This document shows, piece after piece, positions 28,488 to 39,150 of a DNA stretch of 64,000 nt; position 1 is the stretch's first letter; the number at the start of each line of letters is the position of its first letter. Where the stretch lies: contig JBHGNT010000014.1 in the NCBI GenBank assembly GCA_043228905.1, positions 17,298,001-17,362,000 of the forward strand, read 5' to 3'. The notes below the pieces were generated by a model. The model was not told the DNA's origin and ran no database searches. It was given only the letters and a program-made list of their open reading frames with translations. The stretch is from Azolla caroliniana (Eukaryota > Plantae > Polypodiophyta). The position numbers were made by a program, and so were the translations under genes.

Positions 28488-30187
28488 TGCAAGAGATCTA
28501 ATGCCATGATCAATTGGCACAATTCCTGTGCAATATGGCTTTCTCATGAAACACATCCTGCATGGCACCCACATCCCGCTTTCAAATGGATCAACCAAGG
28601 AGCGAGCACCAAATATTTGGGGTTTCAAATTGGTTCCAACATACTGTTGGAGACTATGATTGCACCCGTTATCCATTCCATTCGACAAAAGTTGATACAT
28701 TGGAGTTCGAAAAAACTGTCACTAGCGGATCACATCATAGTGGCAAACCAGGTACTACTCGCAACGACATGGTATAGTCTATCATGTTGGACAATCTCCA
28801 AGGACAATACACATCATATTCAACGACTGGTACGCAACTACATTTGGTCTGGTAAGGAAGATCATGTAACTCGCGCCAAGGTGGCATGGCCTATACTCAC
28901 AGCACCTAAGTCGAGAGGGGGGCTCCTCTCACAATCAAAAGCCTTACTTGCCAAATCTGTGGTGCGAGGACTCTAACCAGGAAATGACTGTTGGAAAATG
29001 CTACTGCAGTTATGTTTCACTTTAGGCCAAGAAAAGGGGTTAATTGGGCCCCCCAAACGAGATGGATTCTAAACATGGATCTCAAACCTAGTTTCTCTCG
29101 CCAATTGGAGGATAGATTCAGTGCATCCATGTGGAAGGCATGGTGTGACATTAGACGAGGGCTCAAGTGCAATCAACCTAGTTCCGAACCCGCCTGGCTC
29201 AGTAAACGTATTCTATGGAACCCATGTATCAAGGATGAATCTAATCCACTACTTGGATCAAGTAAGGGGTTGTCATGGGGATATATTGCAGGTCCGGGAA
29301 AAAGTATAGAATGTTGGAGACGGTTTATGTCACTGCCACTACAAGATCAAGCCAACATACTCCATGGCATCCGGGGCGGATGGACTATGAGATCGGAAAT
29401 CAATAACGCTCTGCTGATTAGGGAAGCCGCTACTCATAGGACGACAATGGAGAAATGGATAGGCTACGAGGAGGAGGGATCTTTGATCCCGAGAGGTAGG
29501 GGATCACCAGACATGATCGAAGGCAACGTGGGAACCTTAGGTCTCCTAATTGTGTAGAGTGTCCAAATGCAGTAGAATCAATACGACATGCTGCATGGGA
29601 CTGCCCAACGTCCCATCGAATATGGCGGGGGGTTGGCCGTTTGTTGCAATTATGCTAGGTGCAGGGCTCAATCAAGTGGGGAAATATATGTTGGTTATCA
29701 TGGCAGACCCCAGTTGGCAGATACGAGCATCAGGAGGAGGGGATGACTTTGGTGATAAAAGCACAAGAGGTTTTTTTCTCCACCATCGGCAATGTCCACT
29801 CAACTCCTCTTAATGACAAATCTCAAGTTGTGTTGGAATTGGTCAGCCCAATAACTCTTTGGATTCTATGGAAACAATGGTGTAGACGGGTCTTCTCCAA
29901 CCAAACCGCGCATCCAACAAGGTTATTGCAAGAGATATGGAGTGAAATTGTAGCCACCCTAAAGAGCCAATATGATGGCCTCAAGGGTAGCTCCGATGGA
30001 GTTGAAAGACAACGAATAGCCTTCATCCAACAATGGTCGTCCTCTCCCTTTCTTGAGTCAGTGGGCATCCACATAAGATGGAACTATCGCGTCCCTACAG
30101 GGATTTGTACATAATCATCTTGTTTGTAAAATTTTATAACTAATGGAAGGAGTTTTGTTTTGGAAAAAAGAAAAAGAAAAAAAATGA
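28488..30187 (+). mobile_element. L1-clade LINE family 1, copy 4: 5'-truncated, 18-bp TSD, about 430-bp internal deletion
   Basis: ORFs 28506-28976, 28991-29557 and 29659-30114. A-rich tail at 30164-30184. Perfect TSD agaatactttgaagtatt at 28470-28487 and 30188-30205. Confidence 0.93.
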
Positions 30188-32783
30188 AGAATACTTTGAA
30201 GTATTCCACATGTATTCTATGTTTTAGAACTTCCATTTTACAATATTTCATGTATTCTATTTATTCTACGCATTTAACATTTCCAAAAAGTTTATAAAAT
30301 TGTACAAATTAAAATTTTTTAAAATGTATTTTACATGTTTGATTGTATTTTAAATATTCCACACATTTTACGTATTTAAAATATTTTATCTATCAAATAT
30401 GCATTCTAACTTCTAAGTATTTAAAAAGAAAGGTAGAATACTTTTAGAATATGTAGCGTACATATTCTATGTGTATTGTATGCTAGTATTCTACAACAAT
30501 GGGTTATGAGATATATTTGTACAAGGAATTTGTATTCAGGAACACCATATGTGGGAAATCCATGTATAAAATTCAACTTGATGCGGTGTATGTTGAACAC
30601 TATAATGTTCTAGAAACTTCTAGAGAATGCATCCTCATGCATTCTCTAGAATATTCCTAGTTTGATGCATTCCTCCACCATCTTGTATAAATACTTGGGT
30701 GCCCATTGATTCCAATCAAGGTGAACAACAAGGTGACCGAGTTGGAACTGGCCCCTAGGAAATCGGGAGAAGGTGCAAACAAGTTGAAAGTGCCCCCCCA
30801 AGCAAGCAATGTTGGGGAATACAACCTTTTGGACACGCTATGGACATTTTGAGTACAAGATGACGCCATTTGGTCTCACCGATGCGCCAACAGTCTTCTA
30901 ACACATGATAAACATTATATTTCGCGAGTATCTCAATCACTTCGAGTAATCCACATTCACAACATCCTAGTTTTTTCTTCCAACATAGATGAGCACACAC
31001 AACACGTCTGACTAGTTCTAACCAAACTCGGGAACATGGGCTTTACGCGAAAAGTGAGAAGTACGAATTTGACCGAACCTTTGTGAAATTCCTGGGCTTC
31101 AACCTCTCGGATCACAATGGATGCATGAAAGATAGTGGCAATTCACGATTGGCCTGTCCTGACTTGGTTGAAAGAGGTACAATTATTTTTAAATTTGGTT
31201 TCGCAAATTTATATAGATGATTTATCGAAGGGTTTTCCTCCCTTGTGCAATCTCTAATCATGCTTTTAATGCCCTCAAGGTAGCTTTTCTCTCGGCCCTA
31301 GTGTTGGTCCACCTCGACCCAACGAGCAGGTGGAAATCAACACCTCTGACTTTGTCATTGGAGTTGTCCTGTCCTAACCAGAAAACGATGACACACTACA
31401 TGTAGTGGCCTTCTACTCCAGGAAGTTTACAACCCCAGAATTCATTTATCCGACCTACAATAAGGAGCTTGTAACTATCATCTCTACCTTCGAAGAATGG
31501 CGGCCCTATTTGGCTGGGGCGCAACATCGTATCTAGGTGCATAATGACCACACGAATCCAATCTACTTCACCTCTAGTCATACACTGGATTGGAGGCAAG
31601 GCTGTTGGTCATCTTTTTTCGCCGACCATGACTTCGAGACCTTGTTTCAACCCAACGGGTTCAACATGGGAAGGATGATACCCTCTCTCGGTGACTAGAT
31701 TTTGCATCGTGCCTAGGGGAGGACACATATTCTCAACAATCACATTCTATGTTGAGGCCTGATCAACTCTAGATGTTCGCCACCTACTTGTTGCATGATG
31801 ATTCTTTGTTCCATGAGATTGCCAAGGCAACCATCTTAGTGAATTTACAACTCGGGGATGCGTAACTCTACCGAAATCACCTCCTTTATGTTCTAGAAGG
31901 ATCATGTTGCACCCGGGTACTACAAACCTGTCATGACGATCCACTTGCCAACCACTTTGGGGTCGCGAAAACATTGGAGTTGTTATCTCGGAGGTTTTGG
32001 AGGCCCCAACCTTGGAAATTCATAAAGAATTCAGCAAGATGCGTGACGTCTATGCTCGCTTCAATGTGGCTCACCATCGACCATACGACCTTCTCAAACC
32101 GCTCCCAATTCCCAATTGGCCTTGGGCTTCCATCTCCATGGACTTTATAACCAACCAACCTCGTGTGGTGGACATGGCACAGTGCTAATGATTATTGATT
32201 GGTTTTCGAAGATGCCTCACTTTGTCCCAAGTTCCAAAACCATTTTTGGGGAGGAGACGAAGAAACTCTTCTTAAAAATGTCATTCGGCAACATGGCTTA
32301 CTCAAGGATATCACCTCTGATTAAGGTTTTCAATTCGTCTCCCACTTTTGGTGACGACTTCTACAGACATTCAAGACTTTTGTGAACTTGTCACTAGCAT
32401 ACCATCCTCAAACCGATGGACAAATCGAAAGAGTCAACCAAATCCTCAAACAATACCTCTAGTGTACCATAAGCTACCAACAAGAGGATTGGGTCGACTT
32501 CCTTGCAATGGCAGAATTTGCCTACGATAATAATACCCATGCTTCAACTAGGGTTTACCCATTCTTTGCAAACTATGGGTTCCACCCTCATTGCAACATT
32601 TCCATTCTTGTGGTTTCCATTAATTCATCAGCAGAGACGTGTGCTTGCACTTTAAAAGATGTACATTGTGACCTCTCCCTTGAGCTCTGTGCCGTTAGCA
32701 ACATGCATAAGGATCTGGACGACCAAGCGATCACCACCCTTTGTAGTCGATGATATGGTTTGGGTAATATGTTGCTACATTAT

Positions 32784-35286
32784 TGTCATAGTCAAGACTC
32801 GAATCTCTAACTTTTAACTTTAACACACATAGTACATTGTGTTGTGTTAACCATATGGAAACCCTTGTGAACTGTCCACATTCGATTGTGAACTTGTATA
32901 TATTGTATAATCTAGTGTATAGTACATTCAAGAATATTCTAGTTGTTAGTATATTCTAGAATTATTGTGTGGTATATTCTAAATGGGTATATTCTCAAGA
33001 TATTTCTCGAGTATATTCTAGAGATATTCAATCTCGAAAATTGTATAAATACTTGTAACATACTTGGTCCCTTTCAAGGGATTCAAACTGTCACGGACAC
33101 ACCAAGCACGAACTAGGACGGAGTATAGATGATGGGGCTACGAGCGAAGGATGAACTTGAGCTAGATGTGACAAGGCTAGGAACGCTAGATGTTGTGAGC
33201 GACATGAGGTCATGAAGACAGAAATAAAGATCAAGGAGACAAGATGAGGCGAAATGAGAATACTAGATTGATGACAGTTTGAATCCCTTCCAACTAGAAG
33301 CACCACCTATCTTTGACATCATCGTCTTCAACACCTCTTGGTGTCATCATCAACACTACTTTGCCTAGCCTTCACCAACACTTCCATCATTTCCATAGTC
33401 ACAGTCATTGCTTCAAGAGATGCTTAATTGCTTGTCTTTGACGTCATCATTTTCAGCACCTCTTTGCCCAACCATCGTCGTCATCAACACTACTTGTCAT
33501 CATTTTTAGGTATCATTTTACATCACGGTTTTGGTGAGGGCTGCTTTCGATCGCTCACCTTCCCAGCTCCGGTGGGGGTCACAACCACTCACTTTCCTGG
33601 TGGGGATCGGATCATTGCTCGCTTGCATTGCATTTTTGTTATAGTTCAAGTCTCGCACCACTTTCTGTTGGCGAGGAACGATTTCGATCGCCCACCTTCT
33701 AGTTTCAGTGGAGGTCACAACCGTTCATTTTCTTGGTGGGGATCGCTTGGGTTTCTTGCTAGCGCTACCGTTTGTGCCGTGTCTTCGGTCGACCTCGACT
33801 ATTTACCCTCTCATAATAGAAGTAGTTGAGTCGACCACTTCACTTGCACTTCTTTCCCTGTTGTTGTTCTAGTTATCGGTGAGGGTCGCATGGTCGCTCA
33901 CGTCCGTTCGTGTTCAGTTCTTGGTGAGGGCCACATGGTCGCACACGTCCGCTCGTGTTTTCGATGAGGACCGCACATGGTCGCTCACGTTCCAGTTCCC
34001 GATGAGGGCCACACATGGTTGCTCACGTCCGTTCGTGTTCCAGTTCTTGGTGAGGGGTGCATGGTCGCTCACACCCGTTCGTGTTCAGTTCTTGGTGAGG
34101 GCCGCATGGTCGCTCATGTCCGTTCGTGTTCCAGTTCTCGGTGAGGGCCGCATGGCCGCATGGTCGCTCACGTTCGTTCGTGTTCCAACTCTTGGCGAGG
34201 ACAGACATGGTCTCTCATGCCCGTTCGTGTTCGTGTTCCCTGTGAGGACCGCACATGGTCACTCACGCCCGTTGGTATTCGTGTTCCAGTCTCTAGTGAG
34301 GACCGCACATGGTCGCTCACTGCAGCTATTGTTCGTGTTCCAGATCCCGGTGAGGACCGACATAGTCTCTCATGCCTGTTGTTCATGTTCCAGTTCCCGG
34401 TGAGGATCACACATGGTTGCTCACTCCCATTGGTGGTCGTGTTCCAACTCTCAACGAGGATTGACATGGTCTTTCATGCCTATTGGTGTTCGTGTTCCCT
34501 GTGAGGACCACACATGGTCACTCATGCCCGTTGGTATTCGTGTTCCAGTTCCCGACGAGGATCGCACATGGTCGCTCACGCCCGTTGGTATTCCTGTTCC
34601 AGTCTTGGATGAGGACCACACATGGTCACTCATGCCCGTTGGTGTTCAATACCTCGTCTTCTGTTCCAGTCCTGGGCGAGGACCGCACATGGTCGCTCAT
34701 GCCCGTTGGTGTTCAATACCTCGTCTTCTGGAAGGGTTACTCCTTGTCTAGGATTTACAAAATACTTTGGAGGCGTTCTAAGATTTTCAACAATAGTATC
34801 CCCTTAAGCCAACGACCACTTTGGGAAGACGACGTAAGAGGGGGGATAATGTCACATTCAAGACTAGAACCTCTGACTTTTAACACACACAATACATTGT
34901 GATGTGTTAACCATATGGAAACTCGTGTGAACTGTCCGCATTTGATTGTTTACTTGTATATATTGTAGAGTCTAGTGTATAGTACATTCGAGAATATTCC
35001 TGTCGTTAGTATATTCTAGAGATATTCAATCTCGGAAATTGTATAAATACTTGTAACATCCTTGGTCCCTTTCAAGGGATTCAACACTAGTCATTGACAC
35101 ATAAATCTAGTATTCTCGTTTCTCCTCATCTTTGTCTCCTTGAACTTTATTTCTGTCTTCATGCCCTTATGTCGCTCACAACATCTAGAGTTCCTAGCCT
35201 TGTCACATCTAGCTCCACGTTCATCCGTCGCTCGTAGCCCCATCATTTGTGCTCCATCATAGTCCGTGCTTGGTGTGTTCGTAACA
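32784..35286 (+). mobile_element. Non-autonomous, non-coding LTR element (about 2.5 kb) inserted in the chromovirus integrase
   Basis: 5' LTR 32784-~33277 is partly inverted. 3' LTR 34850-35286 runs tgtca...taaca. PPT aagagggggggataa precedes 34850. TSD attat (32779-32783) / attac (35287-35291). No retroviral protein homology inside. Confidence 0.85.
33879..34731 (+). repeat. Tandem array of about 17 units of 38-67 bp, each containing a hairpin
   Basis: Consensus gtgaggaccgcacatggtcgctcacgcccgttcgtgttccagttc..; units counted by eye. Confidence 0.9.
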
Positions 35287-36992
35287 ATTACCACCACACG
35301 TCCTGCGCTAAATTGGACTACAAAAAGCTATGCCCTTTTTGTATCATCAAGAGATTCAACCAAGTCGCCTTTCGGTAGGCACTTTCCCCGAAATTCAGGA
35401 TTCACAATGTTTTCCACGTTTCCCTCCTCGAACTCCACCATCCTTCTCGAATTTCGGGTAGACAATCTCCTCCGCCACAACCCGTGGAGTTGTGAATAGT
35501 GGAGTAGTACAAGGTTGATTAGATCCTCGAATCCCACTTGCATCATTGACAACTTCAATATTTGGTCCAGTTACACATTTACAAAATGTTTCAAAGGCCA
35601 TTTAAGCTTTACATCAATGGTACCCACATATGTCGACCGTTGGTCTTAAGAGGCGGCCTTAAAGGGAAAATAATGTCATAACATTGACATGATTGTTAGG
35701 ATACATCATTACATTGAGATACATTTATAATAGGAATGTGTATCAAGAATGTCATATGTGGGACATCCTTGTATAAAATTAAACTTGATGCATTGTATGT
35801 TGAACAATGAACGTTCTAGAAACTTCTAGTGAATGCATCCTCATGCATTCTCTAGAATGTTGTGAGGAAATGGAGCTCGGCTACAACTGAGTGTTAAACA
35901 CTCAATGGAAGGAAAAACAGAGAATGGAAATGAGATAGACACAAGATGTTAATGTGGAAAACCACGGGAGCCCACAGACTCCAACTATCACTATAAGAAG
36001 AGAATACAGTGCGACTCAGAGGCAACAACCTCAAGCCCTATGTCTTCACCAACCGGCGGTTACAACAGAAAACAGGTATATATCTCGCGCTCTCTCTGTG
36101 TATTTATACTTATATGACTTTAGGACTATTTACAAATATAGCCATGACAGGCACATCAAAAACATATTTACAGATATGTCCTTGGATCGGATTCATACCG
36201 GATCCATTCGGATACCTTCTGGATCCATTCGATTTGGCTTCCGGATCTCATCTGGAGGGACCGAATTCCCAACAAGCTCCCCCTTCACTTAGGCATGGGA
36301 TGTCTCGCCAATCTGATTCGTCTGCTGCACGTTGTCATGAAGAAAACCGTCCCTTAGCGCAATCGGTGCATACCGCGCGTGAACCGGCTCTTCACGCGTG
36401 CACGCCCTTTAATGTATATAATAGAGAATTAGGTACAAAGGAATATCCTAGGTAGTTAGATTCGGTAGGTAGGAAGTTAATGAGGGAAACGACTCCCTTC
36501 TTGAAGCGATAAAAGAGAGGGAGACGTGGGGGGAGAAGAGGAATATTATTTTTTTGAGGAGGACGAAGTGCTGTTGGATCGAAACCGAACGCTTCTCCTC
36601 TGTTCGTTCTCCATCGCTCTTCTTTGCAGGTTTTCGGGAGGCTCGCGCTGCTTCGAGGAACGCTCGTGTGCTTCCGGCAACACCTCCATCCTATCCCCTT
36701 TCGTGCGCAGACGAGCAGGCATCGACATTTGTTCGCCGGCCTGTTCGGTTGTAACCGCTCGCGTGCTCTGTTGTTTATTTGTCATTCGTTAATATACAAA
36801 CATTCGTGTCTCTCTATCTCTGTGTCCATTCGTGTCTTCCGCGTTGACGGGCCGTGTCCCTGTGTTTCTTTGCTCATACGTAACCGAGCGTCTCTCTCTT
36901 TCTCTTTCCCCTTCTATCACCTGCTCTTCGGTTCAAGACCCCGGTGGTCCCGCCTCGTTTCTCCACGCACGCGCGTAGTAACGCGACATCTT

Positions 36993-37010
36993 TGGTGAAC
37001 CCGACGTGAA
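36993..37010 (+). promoter_or_regulatory. Primer-binding site complementary to the 3' 18 nt of plant cytosolic tRNA-Trp
   Basis: tggtgaacccgacgtgaa is the reverse complement of ...TTCACGTCGGGTTCACCA (tRNA-Trp 3' end, recalled from memory). It lies 4 nt after the 5' LTR. Confidence 0.85.
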
Positions 37011-39150
37011 CAAGGCGGCAGAGGAGCAGAAGATGAGGGGGTCGGATCTGGCAGAGGCCATGGCTTCGGCCGTGGACCGGATAGTGAGCACGCGCGAGGG
37101 CACCGACGCCCTTGACAGGGCTATTGAGGCGATCGTCGGTACGATCGGCCGGTTCAGTGGAAAGGATACCACGAGTTATTTGGCGTCCTACCGGGCGAAG
37201 ATGTTGATGAGGGATATTCCGGAAGAGAGGCGTCTTGCCGGATTCCCTCGAGTGGCGATGCCGGGCATCCATGCGGAGGTGCTCGAGGTCCGGGCGGAGA
37301 GCCGGACCTGGGAGGAGTTCGAAGGACGGCTCCTGGAGAAATACGGGCTGGATGACGCGCTTCGACTTTCGAAGTGGGGCTTCATGGAGTGGGTGGAGTC
37401 CCCCAACAAAGGAAGAAATGCGTTGGTACTCCTCCGGGAGTTTGAGGAACGCTTTGCGCGCCTTCCGGCGCTCGATCGGACCGTTCTGGACACAAGTCGT
37501 GTCCTACTGTTTGTCAAATCAGTTGACGCATGGGATCGGGAGCAAGTGGGCTCCTTACTGGAAACCGAAGACAGGCTGACGGCCGACTGGGCCGCGGTAA
37601 AAAGAGTCTGCGGCCGTTTTGACAAACGGTGGGAGTGGGCTGATACAAGGGCGGGTCCTGTCGTAGCAAGGAAGCTCGAACTGATACTACAGGCGCGAAG
37701 GGAAGAGACCCGGGAGTGGCTCGAAACCGGTTTGGCTTCGACCGGCATGGTTAGAGGCTCGTCCGGGGGAATAGCTTTGGAAGAGTTGACACGGGCGGTA
37801 AAGGATCTCCAGATCGCCCAGGCTGGGAGAGAAGGCGGCGAACAGGCTCGTGACCGACGGCCTCCGACAGGAAATAGGTGCATGTGGTGCGACGAGGTCG
37901 GCCACATCCGGAAAGACTGCGGGGACTTTGCGGAGGCCTCGAGAAGCTGGGTAGTGTACCTGTGGGAAGGTCGGGTGCACGCCAGCGATACCCGGAGGGC
38001 CCTGAACCGAAACGACGGGCGAGGAGGAATGAAAAGGCTGATGGAAGAGGCGGCGGCCCGACACGCGGAGACCGTCCACTACTCGGCATCAACCGGTATT
38101 CGGGTTGGAGGCAGCGAGGCCCGGAAGGAGAGCAAAGCCGGGTTCTGGCCGACGATGTTGGAAGGCCTCGCCAGTGCCCGACTAAGGAAAGACGAGGCAG
38201 ACCGCGCAGAGAAGCGGGTCCAGGAGGTAACCGGTTGGAGTGACCCGGTCGAAGAAAAGACGGGTTTCGTCGAAGCAGCTTGCCAGAACTACGAGGCTCT
38301 GGTTGAAGACAAACGGGTAGGTAAAACCGGAGGGGCCGGACCCTCACAGAGATACGAAACCCGATTCGGGCCGAAACGGAACGAGGCCGGTGAGACTAGT
38401 GCCCGAGATAACCACAAGAAGGGCGGATACCGGTTGGGCACGGAGATCGAAAGGACCACGGACCTATGAAAGATCCTGGAAGAACGAATCCTCGACAGCA
38501 AGGTGGAACTGTCGTTGTGAGAGGTGCTCGGAATCGCCAAGAAGGAGTTCCACGACTCCATCGTAGACTTGGTGAAGAGGAAGAGGCTGTCGACGGAGAC
38601 AAAACCGGAAAGGCCGGTGGAGGTGCGGACGACACACATAGAGGACATGGCGCTGGAAGACGAGTGGGCGGAGAGCCACTATTCGAGGCCACACTAGGCC
38701 CGAGCGACCACGGAAACCCCGGTGAAGATTGGAGATGTTCAGGAACCGGTGGTGGCGCTGGTGGACCACGGTTCGGAAATAAACCTGATGTCCATGGACT
38801 TCTACAAGAAGGGGAAATGGCCGGTCAACACCAAGCACGGGTGGAAGATACGGGCGGCGACGCGTGCCACCGAGGAACTACACGGGGTCTGCCCAAACGT
38901 GCGAGTCAAGATCGGCGACGTTGAGATAGACCAACAGTTCTTTGTGCAGGAGACGTCCTCGCACCTGGTCATACTGGGAGAACCGTACATTACGGCAGCA
39001 CGGATGGAGACCAAGGTGTTGGACAACGGGTCGGCTTACGCGAGGGTCAAGAGGCAGGACGGGCGTCATTCGGTCCAGTTCCTGACGGTGCGACCGAACC
39101 ACGAGCGAAACCGCGAGTCCCTCGGTGGCGAGAATCGAGAGGATTTTTAG
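37006..39150 (+). pseudogene. gag: Gypsy-B Gag-protease reading frame with in-frame stops
   Basis: ORF 37006-38469 has the zinc knuckle CMWCDEVGHIRKDC. The same frame continues past point-mutation stops to the protease ALVDHGSEINLM (38722-39150). Confidence 0.88.

Larger units (their letters stand above)
30500..35857 (+). mobile_element. Decayed Ty3/gypsy chromovirus (RT end, RNase H, integrase, chromodomain); gag and protease missing; 3' LTR interrupted by Copia-A
   Basis: LTR-like block at about 30500-31000 matches 35674-35857. Remnants include KPLPIPNWPWASISMDFI, YHPQTDGQIERVNQ, MAEFAYDN, KLDYKK...RIHNVFHVSLLE and a chromodomain-like YKVDxILES...QYLVQ at about 35505-35575. PPT aaagggaaaataa precedes tgtca at 35674. 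Confidence 0.8.

Noticed and set aside
33879-34731. CRISPR array
   Set aside because: The linkers are homologous to each other rather than unique spacers, there are no cas genes, and the context is a eukaryotic retroelement.
32784-35286. Retrozyme (hammerhead-containing non-autonomous LTR element)
   Set aside because: I saw no CUGAUGA...GAAA hammerhead core in either LTR by eye. An Infernal search would be decisive.
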